From positions 3,141 to 67,140 of IMG/VR virus record IMGVR_UViG_2939786809_000002: a stretch of DNA of 64,000 nt. The stretch is one strand, 5' to 3'. The first letter of the stretch is position 1; every line of letters starts with the position of its first letter. Under the pieces are notes generated by a model, which saw only the letters and a program-made list of their open reading frames with translations, was not told the DNA's origin and searched no databases. This document shows positions 1 through 9,120 of this stretch, one piece after another. The DNA comes from a virus. Position numbers and translations under genes: made by a program.

Positions 1-102
1 GTCGACTTCGCCCAGACCGTAGCCGTGAGCGAGGAGCGGAATGCCCGCCGGTGGGCCGAGAAGAAGGGCCTGGAGCTGCGCAAGGCCGGGGTGACGGCAT
101 GA
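1..102 (+). CDS. partial CDS (C-terminal end), hypothetical
   Basis: Open frame 1 (VDFAQTVAVSEERNARRWAEKKGLELRKAGVTA*); its TGA overlaps the next ATG (ATGA at 99-102). Confidence 0.6.
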   Translation, partial: VDFAQTVAVSEERNARRWAEKKGLELRKAGVTA

Positions 103-365
103 AGACTCTCAACCTCTCCTGGGGCGACCGCCCGATCGAGCTGGAGACCGAGGGCAATCGCACGTTCCTGCGTCTCGGTGCCGCTCTGCGAGTCGAGGTG
201 ACGGATGCGTCGCTGGACCAGCTGGAGCAGCTGGCCCAGGTGACCGCCGACCTGGCGGACGTCAGGCGGGACCGGATCCGGGCCGCCCAGGTGGCCGACG
301 AGGTCGCGGCCGAGGACGGGTACCGGTTCGCCGGCGTTCCGTACAAGAGGCCGGTGGCGGCATGA
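99..365 (+). CDS. hypothetical phage protein
   Basis: ATGA-coupled on both sides, high GC3; MKTLNLSWGDRPIELE... Confidence 0.7.
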   Translation: MKTLNLSWGDRPIELETEGNRTFLRLGAALRVEVTDASLDQLEQLAQVTADLADVRRDRIRAAQVADEVAAEDGYRFAGVPYKRPVAA

Positions 366-622
366 CGCCCCGCACGGAGACGGTGGCCGTCTCCCACCTC
401 CTCTGCGACGACGCCCCGCCCGTCATCACCGGTGCCGTCGCCGACACCCTCGTCCGATCCCTGCGACTCGACCGCCCACGGGACCTGAACGCCGAGCGGA
501 ACTACGCGGACAGCGTCACCTCCGGGTACGTCTCCCTCCCCGCCGGCTGCTCGATCCCCGGGCCGGAGCCGACGGCGGACGAACTGAACCGCCTGTGGGC
601 CGATTTGGCGCCCACCCCGTGA
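362..622 (+). CDS. hypothetical phage protein
   Basis: ATGA overlap with upstream gene, GTGA overlap downstream. Confidence 0.65.
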   Translation: MTPRTETVAVSHLLCDDAPPVITGAVADTLVRSLRLDRPRDLNAERNYADSVTSGYVSLPAGCSIPGPEPTADELNRLWADLAPTP

Positions 623-705
623 ACGTCACCGCCACCGTCATCGGCCTCCTGTTCGGCCTGATGGCGGTGGCCCCCAGCCTCTGGACCTGGAAGGGCACGC
701 CATGA
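619..705 (+). CDS. 28-aa hydrophobic membrane peptide
   Basis: Not in the ORF track; MNVTATVIGLLFGLMAVAPSLWTWKGTP, 4-bp overlaps at both ends. Confidence 0.6.
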   Translation: MNVTATVIGLLFGLMAVAPSLWTWKGTP

Positions 706-1190
706 GCCTCACGTCCGTCATATCCCGCAGCAAGCCGAAGTCGAAGCCTGTCCGGAAGCACCGCCTCGCCACCCGGATGGAACTGAAGCGGCAGCTACGG
801 GACCAGCAGGAGCAGACGTCGCAGGCGTTCGGTCAGCTGATCGGGGCGGGCGACACCATCGCCACCCTGGAGCACCAGCTGGTCGACGTTCGGGCCAAGC
901 GGGCGGAGGCCGAGCAGGTCGTGGTGTGCCTCGCCGCCGACCTGGACGAGCGGACCGGGGAGCGCGACCAGGCCCTCGCTGAGATCGACCGGCTCCAGGC
1001 CCTCCTCGCCCCGTTCCTGGCTGCGGAGGCGAACGCCAACGCGGTCACCGTCCCGGCCCCGATCCGCGACACCGCGAAGTTCGAGGACCAGGCGACCGCC
1101 CCGATCAACGTCCGCCCCCTGTGGGAGGCGATCGGCCCCGTGGTCCGCACCGAGGGCAGCACCGACCCGGCGCACCTGCCCGCCGCATGA
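702..1190 (+). CDS. coiled-coil hypothetical protein
   Basis: Heptad-rich middle region, coupled start, hairpin after stop. Confidence 0.7.
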   Translation: MSLTSVISRSKPKSKPVRKHRLATRMELKRQLRDQQEQTSQAFGQLIGAGDTIATLEHQLVDVRAKRAEAEQVVVCLAADLDERTGERDQALAEIDRLQALLAPFLAAEANANAVTVPAPIRDTAKFEDQATAPINVRPLWEAIGPVVRTEGSTDPAHLPAA

Positions 1191-1298
1191 GACCCGCCGG
1201 GCCGCGCGGATGACACCGGTCGCCGGCCCGGCGCACCAGAACACCCCGCGAGTCGAAGTCGCGGGGCGTCCACCACCAGCATCCCAGAGAAGGACGCC

Positions 1299-2186
1299 AT
1301 GAACACCAAGTCGACACCGACCCAGCGGGCCGCTCACCTTCGAGCCCAGCGTGAGGCGAACGGCGAGAACGTCAGCCACCTGTCCGACCTCGACCTCCTC
1401 AACGACCACATCGAGCAGCGCGCCGCCGAACAGACCGACACCCGGGACCGGTACATGGGGCTGCTGCGGGACCAGCGGCTGAATGAAGACCGGGTGCGCG
1501 CCTCGGCGAACCAGACGTTCAAGGAGCGCATCCAGGTCATCGCGGCCGGCGCGGTGGAGCGGCAGCTGCGGGAGATGGGGCGTCTGGTCTCCGCGGTGGA
1601 GGCGCTGCCGGCCCAGCCGAAGCCCGAACGTATCGACGGGGTCCGCGAGGTCGCGTCCAGCGTCAAGCACATGCTGCGACTCCTGGGTGAGGACAGCGCG
1701 GAGTGGAAGCTCGACAACAACTACGACCTCGTCAACGGCGCCAGGCACGTCCTCGGCGTCCTCAAGGCCCGCGACGGCATCCCTGCCGACGAGGTGATCC
1801 GCCTGGTCGGCGAGGCGCTCACCCCGAACGGCAACCTGCGCGACCTGTTCACCGTCGCCGACACCGGCGTTCTGAAGCCCGAGTTCGCACGTCAGCAGCC
1901 GTCGTTCCTCGGCCCCGACTGGGTGGACCGCAACGGGCACTACGCCTACGAGCCGGACGGCGCCGGTGCCCGGGTCGTCGCCTTCAACCTCGGGAACGCC
2001 TGGTACCTCGACCTGTACTCGCCGACCGGCGCCCTTCTGGCCTACGGCCAGACCGCTGAGCAGCAGGTCGCTGACATCGCAGCGGTCCTGGTGGCCGCGG
2101 CCCCGGACATGGTCGGCGACGGTGCGCACGCCTGGATGCGTTTCGAGCGCACCGTCACCCGCCTGATGCAGGCGACCGCCGCGTAA
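1299..2186 (+). CDS. hypothetical phage protein
   Basis: RBS (agaaggac) upstream, 295 aa, high GC3. Confidence 0.75.
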   Translation: MNTKSTPTQRAAHLRAQREANGENVSHLSDLDLLNDHIEQRAAEQTDTRDRYMGLLRDQRLNEDRVRASANQTFKERIQVIAAGAVERQLREMGRLVSAVEALPAQPKPERIDGVREVASSVKHMLRLLGEDSAEWKLDNNYDLVNGARHVLGVLKARDGIPADEVIRLVGEALTPNGNLRDLFTVADTGVLKPEFARQQPSFLGPDWVDRNGHYAYEPDGAGARVVAFNLGNAWYLDLYSPTGALLAYGQTAEQQVADIAAVLVAAAPDMVGDGAHAWMRFERTVTRLMQATAA

Positions 2187-2214
2187 TCCACCTGCCGAAC
2201 CGAAGGGAATCCCC

Positions 2215-2388
2215 ATGTCTGACTACACCCAGCCCGCCCTGTTCGACGAGGCCGAGGTCGTCGGCACCGGTCGGCCGGTGCCGTGGCCCCACCTGGACGA
2301 GGCGACGGCGGACGTAGCCGCCCAGGCCGACAAGCCGTTCAAGATCGAGCGGCTGGACGTTCAGCTGCCCTTCGAGGACGCCGCCTGA
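2215..2388 (+). CDS. 57-aa protein with beta-clamp-binding-like motifs (QPALF, QLPF)
   Basis: RBS gaaggg; MSDYTQPALF...DVQLPFEDAA*; stop overlaps the dnaN ATG (TGATG). Confidence 0.65.
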   Translation: MSDYTQPALFDEAEVVGTGRPVPWPHLDEATADVAAQADKPFKIERLDVQLPFEDAA

Positions 2389-3494
2389 TGCGTGCCACCG
2401 CCCCCCAGCCGGAGCTGGCGGCAGCCCTGAAGGGGGTTGCCCGCCAGATCCCGGCCAAGCCCCTTCAGCCCGCCCTCCTCGGGGTGCGACTCGAAGCCAC
2501 CGACGGCCAGATCCGGGTGAGCGCCTGGGACGGCGCGACCGCGGCTCACGCCCACGTAGACGCCGATGTCGACGAGCCCGGCGTGATCATTGCGCCTGGC
2601 CAGATGCTCGCCGACGTCATCGGCAGCCTCGCCAAGGCGGACGTTGCGCTGGAGGCCCGCGAGGAGCTCCACGTCCACACCGACCGGGCGGAGTTCTTCC
2701 TCCCGACATCATCCGCCCACGACTACCCGACGCTGCCTGCCCTGCCCGACACCCAGGGCACTGTCGACGGGGCCGAGTTCGGGGCCGCATACAAGCGGAT
2801 CAAGGCCGCCATCAGTCGTGACGCGCAGGGCCCCACCGTCGGAATGCGTGGGGTTCGGATCGTCGTCGACGACGGCGAAATGCAGCTGGCGGCCACCGAT
2901 CGGTACCGCATCGCCATCGCCTACCTCCCATGGCAGGGCGACACCATCAGTCCGGCCATGGGCGTCGTCCCCGGCAAAGTGCTCGCCGACAACGCCGCAG
3001 TGTTCACCGGCAAGCTGCGCGTCGGACTCCCGGCCAACGGGTCCGGGGTCGCCGCGCTGATCGGGGACAGGCAGTTCGTGTCCACCACGCTCATGGACTG
3101 GGGGACGTTCCCGCCGGCTCTGGACTCCGTCATTCCGAACGGTGACGCGATCACCGGCACCCTCATCGTCGCCGCCGAGGATCTCAAGGCTGCCGTTGAG
3201 TCCGCCACGGCGGTCGGTGTACCCAGGCACATCTTCCTGACCATCACCGGCGACCGCATCGCAGTCCGCGGCGAGGGCGAGGGTCGCAGCCGGCTGCAGG
3301 TCGACGCCAGCTACGACGGCGACCTCGACAGCATCGAGCTGAGGGTCAACCCGCTCTACCTGCTGGATGCGATCAACCAGTTCACGGGGCCCATCCACTT
3401 CGAGCTGACGACCCCGACCAGGCCCTTCCTGCTCCACCAGCCCGACGACACCACCTACCGGCACGTCGTCATGCCGCTCCAGCCACTCAGCTGA
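2388..3494 (+). CDS. dnaN: DNA polymerase III beta sliding clamp, phage-encoded
   Basis: 368 aa with DnaN hallmarks: LLGVRLEA, DYPTLP, AATDRYRIA, VNPLYLLDA, C-terminal VVMP. Confidence 0.88.
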   Translation: MRATAPQPELAAALKGVARQIPAKPLQPALLGVRLEATDGQIRVSAWDGATAAHAHVDADVDEPGVIIAPGQMLADVIGSLAKADVALEAREELHVHTDRAEFFLPTSSAHDYPTLPALPDTQGTVDGAEFGAAYKRIKAAISRDAQGPTVGMRGVRIVVDDGEMQLAATDRYRIAIAYLPWQGDTISPAMGVVPGKVLADNAAVFTGKLRVGLPANGSGVAALIGDRQFVSTTLMDWGTFPPALDSVIPNGDAITGTLIVAAEDLKAAVESATAVGVPRHIFLTITGDRIAVRGEGEGRSRLQVDASYDGDLDSIELRVNPLYLLDAINQFTGPIHFELTTPTRPFLLHQPDDTTYRHVVMPLQPLS

Positions 3495-3568
3495 CCCGCC
3501 TCACGTGAAGCGCCCCCGCCGAGGCAAGCGGCGGGGGCACCCACCAGCAATCATCCCAGGAGAACCCC

Positions 3569-4198
3569 GTGATCACGATCGCCGACCACTCTCTCAGCCG
3601 AATCGTCGCGCAGACCAAGCCCCACATGGGGGGCCGCGACGACTCCGAAGCCGTCCAGGTCATCACCTTCGAGTTCACCGACGGCCACCTCTACACCTGG
3701 GCCACCAACCGGTACACCCTCGCGGTAGCCCGCACCCAGGCCAAGGGGGGCGACAAGCCGTGGGTGGCGGTCATGGGCCGTCAGCAGATGCCCGAGCTGG
3801 CAGCGGCAATCCGCCTCCTGGACGCCATGCCGATCAGCGTGGAACGCGAAGAGGGCCACCTGATTCTGTCCGGTGCATCTGGCAGCCGCATCGCCATCGA
3901 GCTGCAGGACAACCGGCAGTTGCTCGACTGGCGCAAGGTCGTCGCCGCCGCCGTCGAACGGCCCAGCGCCGCCAAGCCCATGGCTCTCAACCCGAAGTTC
4001 TTCGCGGCATGGAGGAACCTTCCGGGACCGGTGCAGATGTGGTCGTCCGGCGACCAGAAGGCCGGGGTCATCATCGCCGCGGACTTCATCGGCCTGCAGA
4101 TGCCGATCAACCCGAGCCCTGAGGCGGCCAACAGTCTCCAGCGCGAGCTCGACAGCTGGAAGCCGGCCGAGCCGGCCCCGCTGGCCGCAGCCGCCTGA
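3569..4198 (+). CDS. truncated beta-clamp-like protein
   Basis: WATNRYTLAVA, LLDWRKVV, LNPKFF and GLQMPI match the middle and C-terminal DnaN motifs in only 209 aa. Confidence 0.7.
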   Translation: MITIADHSLSRIVAQTKPHMGGRDDSEAVQVITFEFTDGHLYTWATNRYTLAVARTQAKGGDKPWVAVMGRQQMPELAAAIRLLDAMPISVEREEGHLILSGASGSRIAIELQDNRQLLDWRKVVAAAVERPSAAKPMALNPKFFAAWRNLPGPVQMWSSGDQKAGVIIAADFIGLQMPINPSPEAANSLQRELDSWKPAEPAPLAAAA

Positions 4199-4294
4199 CC
4201 CACCGACCGGCAGGCGTGTGAGCCCGGCTCCGTCTGCCCGCTGCGGGCCGCCCCCCCCTGGCGGCCCGCAGCAACCCCGAACCAGGAGAACCAC

Positions 4295-4399
4295 ATGATC
4301 GCCTGCGTCCGCTGCGACGACACCAACGGACCCTTCAGCCGCGAACCCGAAGGCCCCGTCTGCGAGAAGTGCCTCGACGAACAGGACGGCCAGCGATGA
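4295..4399 (+). CDS. 34-aa CxxC...CxxC zinc-finger micro-protein
   Basis: RBS aggaga; MIACVRCDDTNGPFSREPEGPVCEKCLDEQDGQR; ATGA overlap with the RecE-like gene. Confidence 0.6.
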   Translation: MIACVRCDDTNGPFSREPEGPVCEKCLDEQDGQR

Positions 4400-5271
4400 C
4401 CACCACCCTCGAACCCCCGGTCACCGAGGCCCCCGCGCTGGGCATCCACACCGACCTGTCGAACACCGACTACCACGCCGATAAGACGTCCCTCTCCTCC
4501 TCCGGCGCCCGGAAGCTCCTCGCCCCGTCCACCCCCGCCCACTTCCGGTACGAGCAGGACAACCCGCAGCCGGCGACGAAGACGTTCGACTACGGCAACG
4601 CCGCCCACAAGCTCGTCCTCGGCAACGGGCCCGAACTCGTCGTCATCGAGCACGACATGTGGAACACCAAGGCCGCCAAGGCTGAGGTCACTGAAGCCCG
4701 CAACCGCGGCGCCATCCCGCTCAAGCAGCGCGAGATGGACATGGTCACCGGGATGGCCGCCGCGATCCGCCAGCACCCCCTGGCTGCGGCGCTCCTCGAC
4801 CCCGCCTACGGGGCCCCGGAGCAGTCCGGGTTCTGGATCGACGGGCCGACCGGCATCCGCCGCCGGGTGCGCTTCGACTGGCTGCCGTCCATCCAGTCCG
4901 GTCGGCTGATCATCCCCGACTACAAGACGGCCGATGACGCCTCCGAGGAGGCCATGCAGAAGGCCATCGCCAAGTACGGCTACAACATGCAGGCCGACTG
5001 GTACGAAACGGCCGCCCGCGAGCTCGGGCTCGGTGGCCAGGACGCCGAACTCCTCCTGGTCGTACAGGAGAAGAAGGCCCCATACCTGATCAACGTCATC
5101 GGCATCGAGTTCGGGTCCCGCGTCATCGCCGGCGCCAAGAACCGGGCCGCAATTGAGAAGTTCGCCGAGTGCATGTCCACCGGCCACTGGCCCGGCTACG
5201 CCGACGACGAACCCAACTACCTCCCCCTCCCCGCCTACGCAGAGAACCGCGACAAGGAGACGTACCTGTGA
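4396..5271 (+). CDS. recE: RecE/exonuclease VIII-like PD-(D/E)xK exonuclease
   Basis: DYHA..SLSSSGARKLL, GNAAHKLVL, RVRFDWL, DYKT, YGYNMQADWY motifs. Confidence 0.85.
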   Translation: MTTTLEPPVTEAPALGIHTDLSNTDYHADKTSLSSSGARKLLAPSTPAHFRYEQDNPQPATKTFDYGNAAHKLVLGNGPELVVIEHDMWNTKAAKAEVTEARNRGAIPLKQREMDMVTGMAAAIRQHPLAAALLDPAYGAPEQSGFWIDGPTGIRRRVRFDWLPSIQSGRLIIPDYKTADDASEEAMQKAIAKYGYNMQADWYETAARELGLGGQDAELLLVVQEKKAPYLINVIGIEFGSRVIAGAKNRAAIEKFAECMSTGHWPGYADDEPNYLPLPAYAENRDKETYL

Positions 5272-6152
5272 ACTTCCCCGCCCAGATGCCCACCGCACCC
5301 GGAGCCGACCGCATCGGCCAGGGCACCGCCGTCGAGCAGTCCCGTGCCGTCGCCGAGGTCCAGGCCGCCATCTACGTGGCCCGCCAGTTCCCCCGCGAGA
5401 TCGGCCGGGCCCGCAACACCATGCAGGCTGCCTGCCAGTCCATGGCCCTCGCCGGGAAAGCGTTCTACCGGTTCCCGCGGGCTGGCGGCGCCGTCGAAGG
5501 CTCCACCATCCACCTCGCCAAGGCCCTCGCCCAGTCCTTCGGGAACCTCCAGTACGGGGTCACCGAACTCCGCCGCGACGACGACTACCGCCAGTCCGAA
5601 ATGCAGGCGTGGGCGTGGGACGTCGAGAACAACACCCGCCACGTCCTCACCTTCATCGTCCCGCACGCCCGGTTCGCGAAGGGCAAGGTCGAAGCGCTCA
5701 TCGACCTGCGGGACATCTATGAGAACAACGCCAACAACGGGGCGAGGCGTCTCCGCGAGGCGATCTTCGCGACGCTGCCGGACTGGTTCATCGAAGAGGC
5801 CGAAGGTATTTGCCGCCAGACCCTGAACAACGGCGACGGCAAGCCGCTCCCGGAGCGCATCGAAGGCGCCGTCCAGGTCTTCGCCGGCCTCGGCATCACC
5901 GCGGACCGGCTGGAGCAGAAGCTCGGCCGGAAGCGCGACCAGTGGACCGGCCCGGACATCGCCCAACTGCTGATCACCCACAAGTCGATCCAGCGCCGCG
6001 AGATCGCCGTCGAGGACGAGTTCCCCCAGGCCCGCATCACCGCCGCGGAGATCAAGGGCAAGGCCCCGACGAAGACCGGTGGCAACACCTCGCCGCCGGA
6101 CGACGACCCGTGGGCCGGACAGGAAGTCCGCAAGCCCGGCTCCGGCAACTAG
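5268..6152 (+). CDS. RecT-like ssDNA annealing protein (actinophage type)
   Basis: GQGTAVEQSRAVAEVQAA...FPR, FYRFPRAGGAVEGSTIHLA; coupled to the RecE-like gene. Confidence 0.75.
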   Translation: MNFPAQMPTAPGADRIGQGTAVEQSRAVAEVQAAIYVARQFPREIGRARNTMQAACQSMALAGKAFYRFPRAGGAVEGSTIHLAKALAQSFGNLQYGVTELRRDDDYRQSEMQAWAWDVENNTRHVLTFIVPHARFAKGKVEALIDLRDIYENNANNGARRLREAIFATLPDWFIEEAEGICRQTLNNGDGKPLPERIEGAVQVFAGLGITADRLEQKLGRKRDQWTGPDIAQLLITHKSIQRREIAVEDEFPQARITAAEIKGKAPTKTGGNTSPPDDDPWAGQEVRKPGSGN

Positions 6153-6215
6153 CCCGCACACAACAGGCCGCCCCCGCGGGCAATGCGGGGGCGGCCCACC
6201 GGAAGGAAACCACAG

Positions 6216-6788
6216 ATGACCACCGAACAGGCCGAGCCCGAGACCACGTCCACCACTCTCCAGGACATGCGGGACGTCAACACCCTGCTCCGCCGCCGCA
6301 ACAGCGCCATGCAGGAACTGATCGCCACCCACATCGCGAAGGCGCTCGACAGTCGCAAGAAGGAGCGATGGGACGCTGCCATCGAACTCGTCGAGGCCCT
6401 CAACGACGCCGACGTCAGCGTCTACCCGCTCGTCGACAAGTGGCTCGCCGACAACGGCTGGGACCCGAGGGCCGCATACAAGCCTCTGGCCGGCAGTGGC
6501 GGATGGATTGGGTCGATGGCTAACGCCGACGACCCGTACACGGCGGCGGAGAAGGCTTTCGCCCGTGAACCGTGGGGCCCCGGCGTCACCCGAGACCAGG
6601 CCATGGCCAACGTCGTCACCCCTCACCTCGCCGAAGCGCTCCTCGACGGCAAGAGCGAGGAAGTCCGCGCCTGGGCCCGAGGCCTCGCCCACGAGCTGAA
6701 GCGCGAGCGCATCGACCTGCTCGACGACATCGGCCGCCACATGCAGCGCATGGCCCTTGGCGAACCCAGCAGCGAGATCCCGTCCTAG
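6216..6788 (+). CDS. hypothetical phage protein
   Basis: RBS gaagga after a hairpin; MTTEQAEPE... Confidence 0.7.
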   Translation: MTTEQAEPETTSTTLQDMRDVNTLLRRRNSAMQELIATHIAKALDSRKKERWDAAIELVEALNDADVSVYPLVDKWLADNGWDPRAAYKPLAGSGGWIGSMANADDPYTAAEKAFAREPWGPGVTRDQAMANVVTPHLAEALLDGKSEEVRAWARGLAHELKRERIDLLDDIGRHMQRMALGEPSSEIPS

Positions 6789-6858
6789 CCCACCCGCACT
6801 TCGGGGCAGCCCCGTACCCGATATACGGGGCTGCCCCACCCGAGAAGGGAACCACGCC

Positions 6859-7224
6859 ATGGCCCGCCTGTCCGTCGCCGAACGTCACGCCGCCGCCACC
6901 AAAGACCTCCTCCTCACCGACATAGCTAGCCAGTCCGCCTGGGACCAGTTCCTCGTCGAGCAGGCCGTGTACGCCGTCGCCCTCAACGAGCAGGACTTCA
7001 GCTGCAACCTGCTCCGAGACCTCCTCCCCGAGCTCGGCCACGGCTTCCTCGGCGCCGCGATCAACGCCATGCGGCAGGGCGGGCTCATCGAGCACACCGG
7101 CCAGTACGTGCCGTCCACCAGCCAGGCCACCCACGGGCACCCCATCGCGGTGTGGCGGATGTCGATCAAGGGTTCCGAGGTTGCCGCCCAGCGGCGGGCC
7201 CGAGCCCAGGGGGGGGCGGCATGA
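6859..7224 (+). CDS. hypothetical protein, possible winged helix
   Basis: RBS gaaggg; MARLSVAERHAAA...FSCNLLRDLLP... Confidence 0.7.
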   Translation: MARLSVAERHAAATKDLLLTDIASQSAWDQFLVEQAVYAVALNEQDFSCNLLRDLLPELGHGFLGAAINAMRQGGLIEHTGQYVPSTSQATHGHPIAVWRMSIKGSEVAAQRRARAQGGAA

Positions 7225-7670
7225 ACGGCCCCTACCTCGCCCTCGTCCTCGGCCTGGGCTCCCGCGCGTGGACCGACCGCACCGCCATCGACACCGCCCT
7301 CACCGAGGTGTGGCACGACGCCCGCCAGGACGGCTACAGCGGCATCGAAGTCATGGAAGGCACCGCACCGGGCGCCGACCGCATGTGCGGCGACTGGGCG
7401 AAGGCCCGCTTCGAGCACGGCGTCGGCCACCTCCCCGTCGAAGCCGACTGGGAAGGCCCCTGCCCCGACAGCTGCCCGCCCGGCCACCGACGGACCCGGC
7501 GCGACGACACCGAGTTCTGCCCGCTCGCCGGACACCGCCGCAACCAGAACATGGTCGACCGCCGCCCGCTCATCGCCCTGGCCTTCCAGGTGGGGGAGTC
7601 CACCGGCACCGCCGACTGCCTCCGCCGGCTGAAGAAGGCCGGCATCCCCACGAGGCGGTGGCCGGCATGA
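7221..7670 (+). CDS. SLOG superfamily (YspA/DUF2493-like) protein
   Basis: GSRAWTD, EGTAPGADRMCGDWA, RRNQNMVD, AF...STGTADC are characteristic SLOG motifs. Confidence 0.8.
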   Translation: MNGPYLALVLGLGSRAWTDRTAIDTALTEVWHDARQDGYSGIEVMEGTAPGADRMCGDWAKARFEHGVGHLPVEADWEGPCPDSCPPGHRRTRRDDTEFCPLAGHRRNQNMVDRRPLIALAFQVGESTGTADCLRRLKKAGIPTRRWPA

Positions 7671-7825
7671 CCCTCTGGACGCTGGCCACCCTCCTCATCT
7701 GGGCCGCCACCCTAGGCGCCCTCATCGTCACCGCCACCAAATGGGCCCTGTTCGCGGCCGTCGCCTACTGGGCCCTCCACCTCGGCACCCACCTGGCCGT
7801 CCGTGCCATCGGGAGGCGGACGTGA
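7667..7825 (+). CDS. small membrane protein
   Basis: MTLWTLATLLIWAATLGALIV...; hydrophobic, 4-bp overlaps. Confidence 0.65.
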   Translation: MTLWTLATLLIWAATLGALIVTATKWALFAAVAYWALHLGTHLAVRAIGRRT

Positions 7826-8019
7826 AGCCCCGAGACAAACCCCGCCAGCGCGGCGAGCTCGGCACCCCACGCGAAGTCGCCGCCGACCAATGGCTCGCCG
7901 CCATCCGCAACATCCCCGCCGCCCCCGACAACTGGGCCGGCACCGACCTGGACACCGCCAGACGCTGCGAACACATCTGGGACACGCCCGCCAACAACGC
8001 CCACAAGGAGGGCCGATGA
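7822..8019 (+). CDS. hypothetical protein
   Basis: GTGA/ATGA-coupled, high GC3. Confidence 0.6.
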   Translation: MKPRDKPRQRGELGTPREVAADQWLAAIRNIPAAPDNWAGTDLDTARRCEHIWDTPANNAHKEGR

Positions 8020-8807
8020 CCACCGACCAAGCACTTCGCGAAGCCACCTGCCGATGGGCGCGACGCCGCAACCGGCTCATCGCATACGGCCAGTGGCAGC
8101 CGTTCGTCGACGCCGAACCCGCCCGCCAGCACGTCCTCACCATCCGCGCCAACACGGGCATGTCGCTCGCGAATCTCGCCGCGGTCACCGGGGTCGGCAT
8201 CGGAACCCTTCAGCACCTGATCTACGGCTGCACTGGCTACCCGCCCGCCAGGCAGATTCGCCCCGAGAGCTCCACGGCCCTCCTCGACTACTGGCCCACC
8301 CTCGACGACTACATCAACGGTGCCGTAGTCGACGCAACCGGAACCCGGCGCCGCATGCAGGCTCTGGCGACCATGGGCTGGGTCTCGGCCGCCGTGCAGA
8401 AACGAATCGACTTCATCAGCGTCAGAGCCGTCTCCAACCTCAAAGGCAGAGACCTGGTGACAGCGCGCGTCGCCCGAGCCGTCAGGGACTTCTACCAGAC
8501 AGTCTGCGGCAGTCCGGCAGAAGCGCACGGCGTCGCGCCGGCCGTAGCCAAGCAGGCCAGGAGTCACGCCCGGAAGAACCAGTGGGCCGGGCCAAGCACC
8601 TGGGACGACGACACCATCGACGACCCGCAGGCCACCCCTGAGTGGACGGGGCACTGCGGCACGATGCGCGGCTGGAAAGCCCACCGGGAGCAGGACATCC
8701 CGATGTGCGCAGCCTGCCAAGCCGCCTGCGACCGGAAGCAGGAGCGGGAGCAGGCCAGGGCCCTGTGCGGGGCGGCTTCCTCCCTCGATGGGCAGGTGGC
8801 GGCATGA
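8016..8807 (+). CDS. HTH DNA-binding protein with C-terminal Cys/His motif
   Basis: GMSLANLAAVTGVGIGTLQHLIYG HTH; C-terminal HCGT..GWKAH...CAAC. Confidence 0.7.
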   Translation: MTTDQALREATCRWARRRNRLIAYGQWQPFVDAEPARQHVLTIRANTGMSLANLAAVTGVGIGTLQHLIYGCTGYPPARQIRPESSTALLDYWPTLDDYINGAVVDATGTRRRMQALATMGWVSAAVQKRIDFISVRAVSNLKGRDLVTARVARAVRDFYQTVCGSPAEAHGVAPAVAKQARSHARKNQWAGPSTWDDDTIDDPQATPEWTGHCGTMRGWKAHREQDIPMCAACQAACDRKQEREQARALCGAASSLDGQVAA

Positions 8808-9037
8808 GCGACAACCCGAAGTGGTGGGAGTCCGCCCTCTGCGCCCAGACCGACCCGGAAGCCCACTTCCCCGAGGCCGGCAACAGCAGCCGGGATGCGA
8901 AGAAGACCTGCGGGGCGTGCGAGGTGCGCCCCGAATGCCTGGCCTACGCCCTCAGCAGCGGCCAGCGCTACGGGGTGTGGGGCGGGCTCGGGCAGCAGGA
9001 ACTCCGCCGGGCCGCAGCGCGCAAGCAGACCGCATGA
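8804..9037 (+). CDS. whiB: WhiB-family Fe-S transcription factor
   Basis: C-x22-C-x2-C-x5-C spacing with GVWGG turn (ALCAQTDPEAHFP...CGACEVRPEC...YGVWGG). Confidence 0.92.
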   Translation: MSDNPKWWESALCAQTDPEAHFPEAGNSSRDAKKTCGACEVRPECLAYALSSGQRYGVWGGLGQQELRRAAARKQTA

Positions 9038-9041
9038 CAAC

Positions 9042-9068
9042 GGGCGGGCCACCACACGTGGCCCGCCC
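9042..9068. terminator. GC hairpin between convergent whiB and Phd-like genes
   Basis: GGGCGGGCCAC / GTGGCCCGCCC perfect 11-bp stem. Confidence 0.6.
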
Positions 9069-9120
9069 ACAGGCACGACAAAACCCCGCCGCGGCGGGGG
9101 AGGGAGGAGGGGACGTGACG

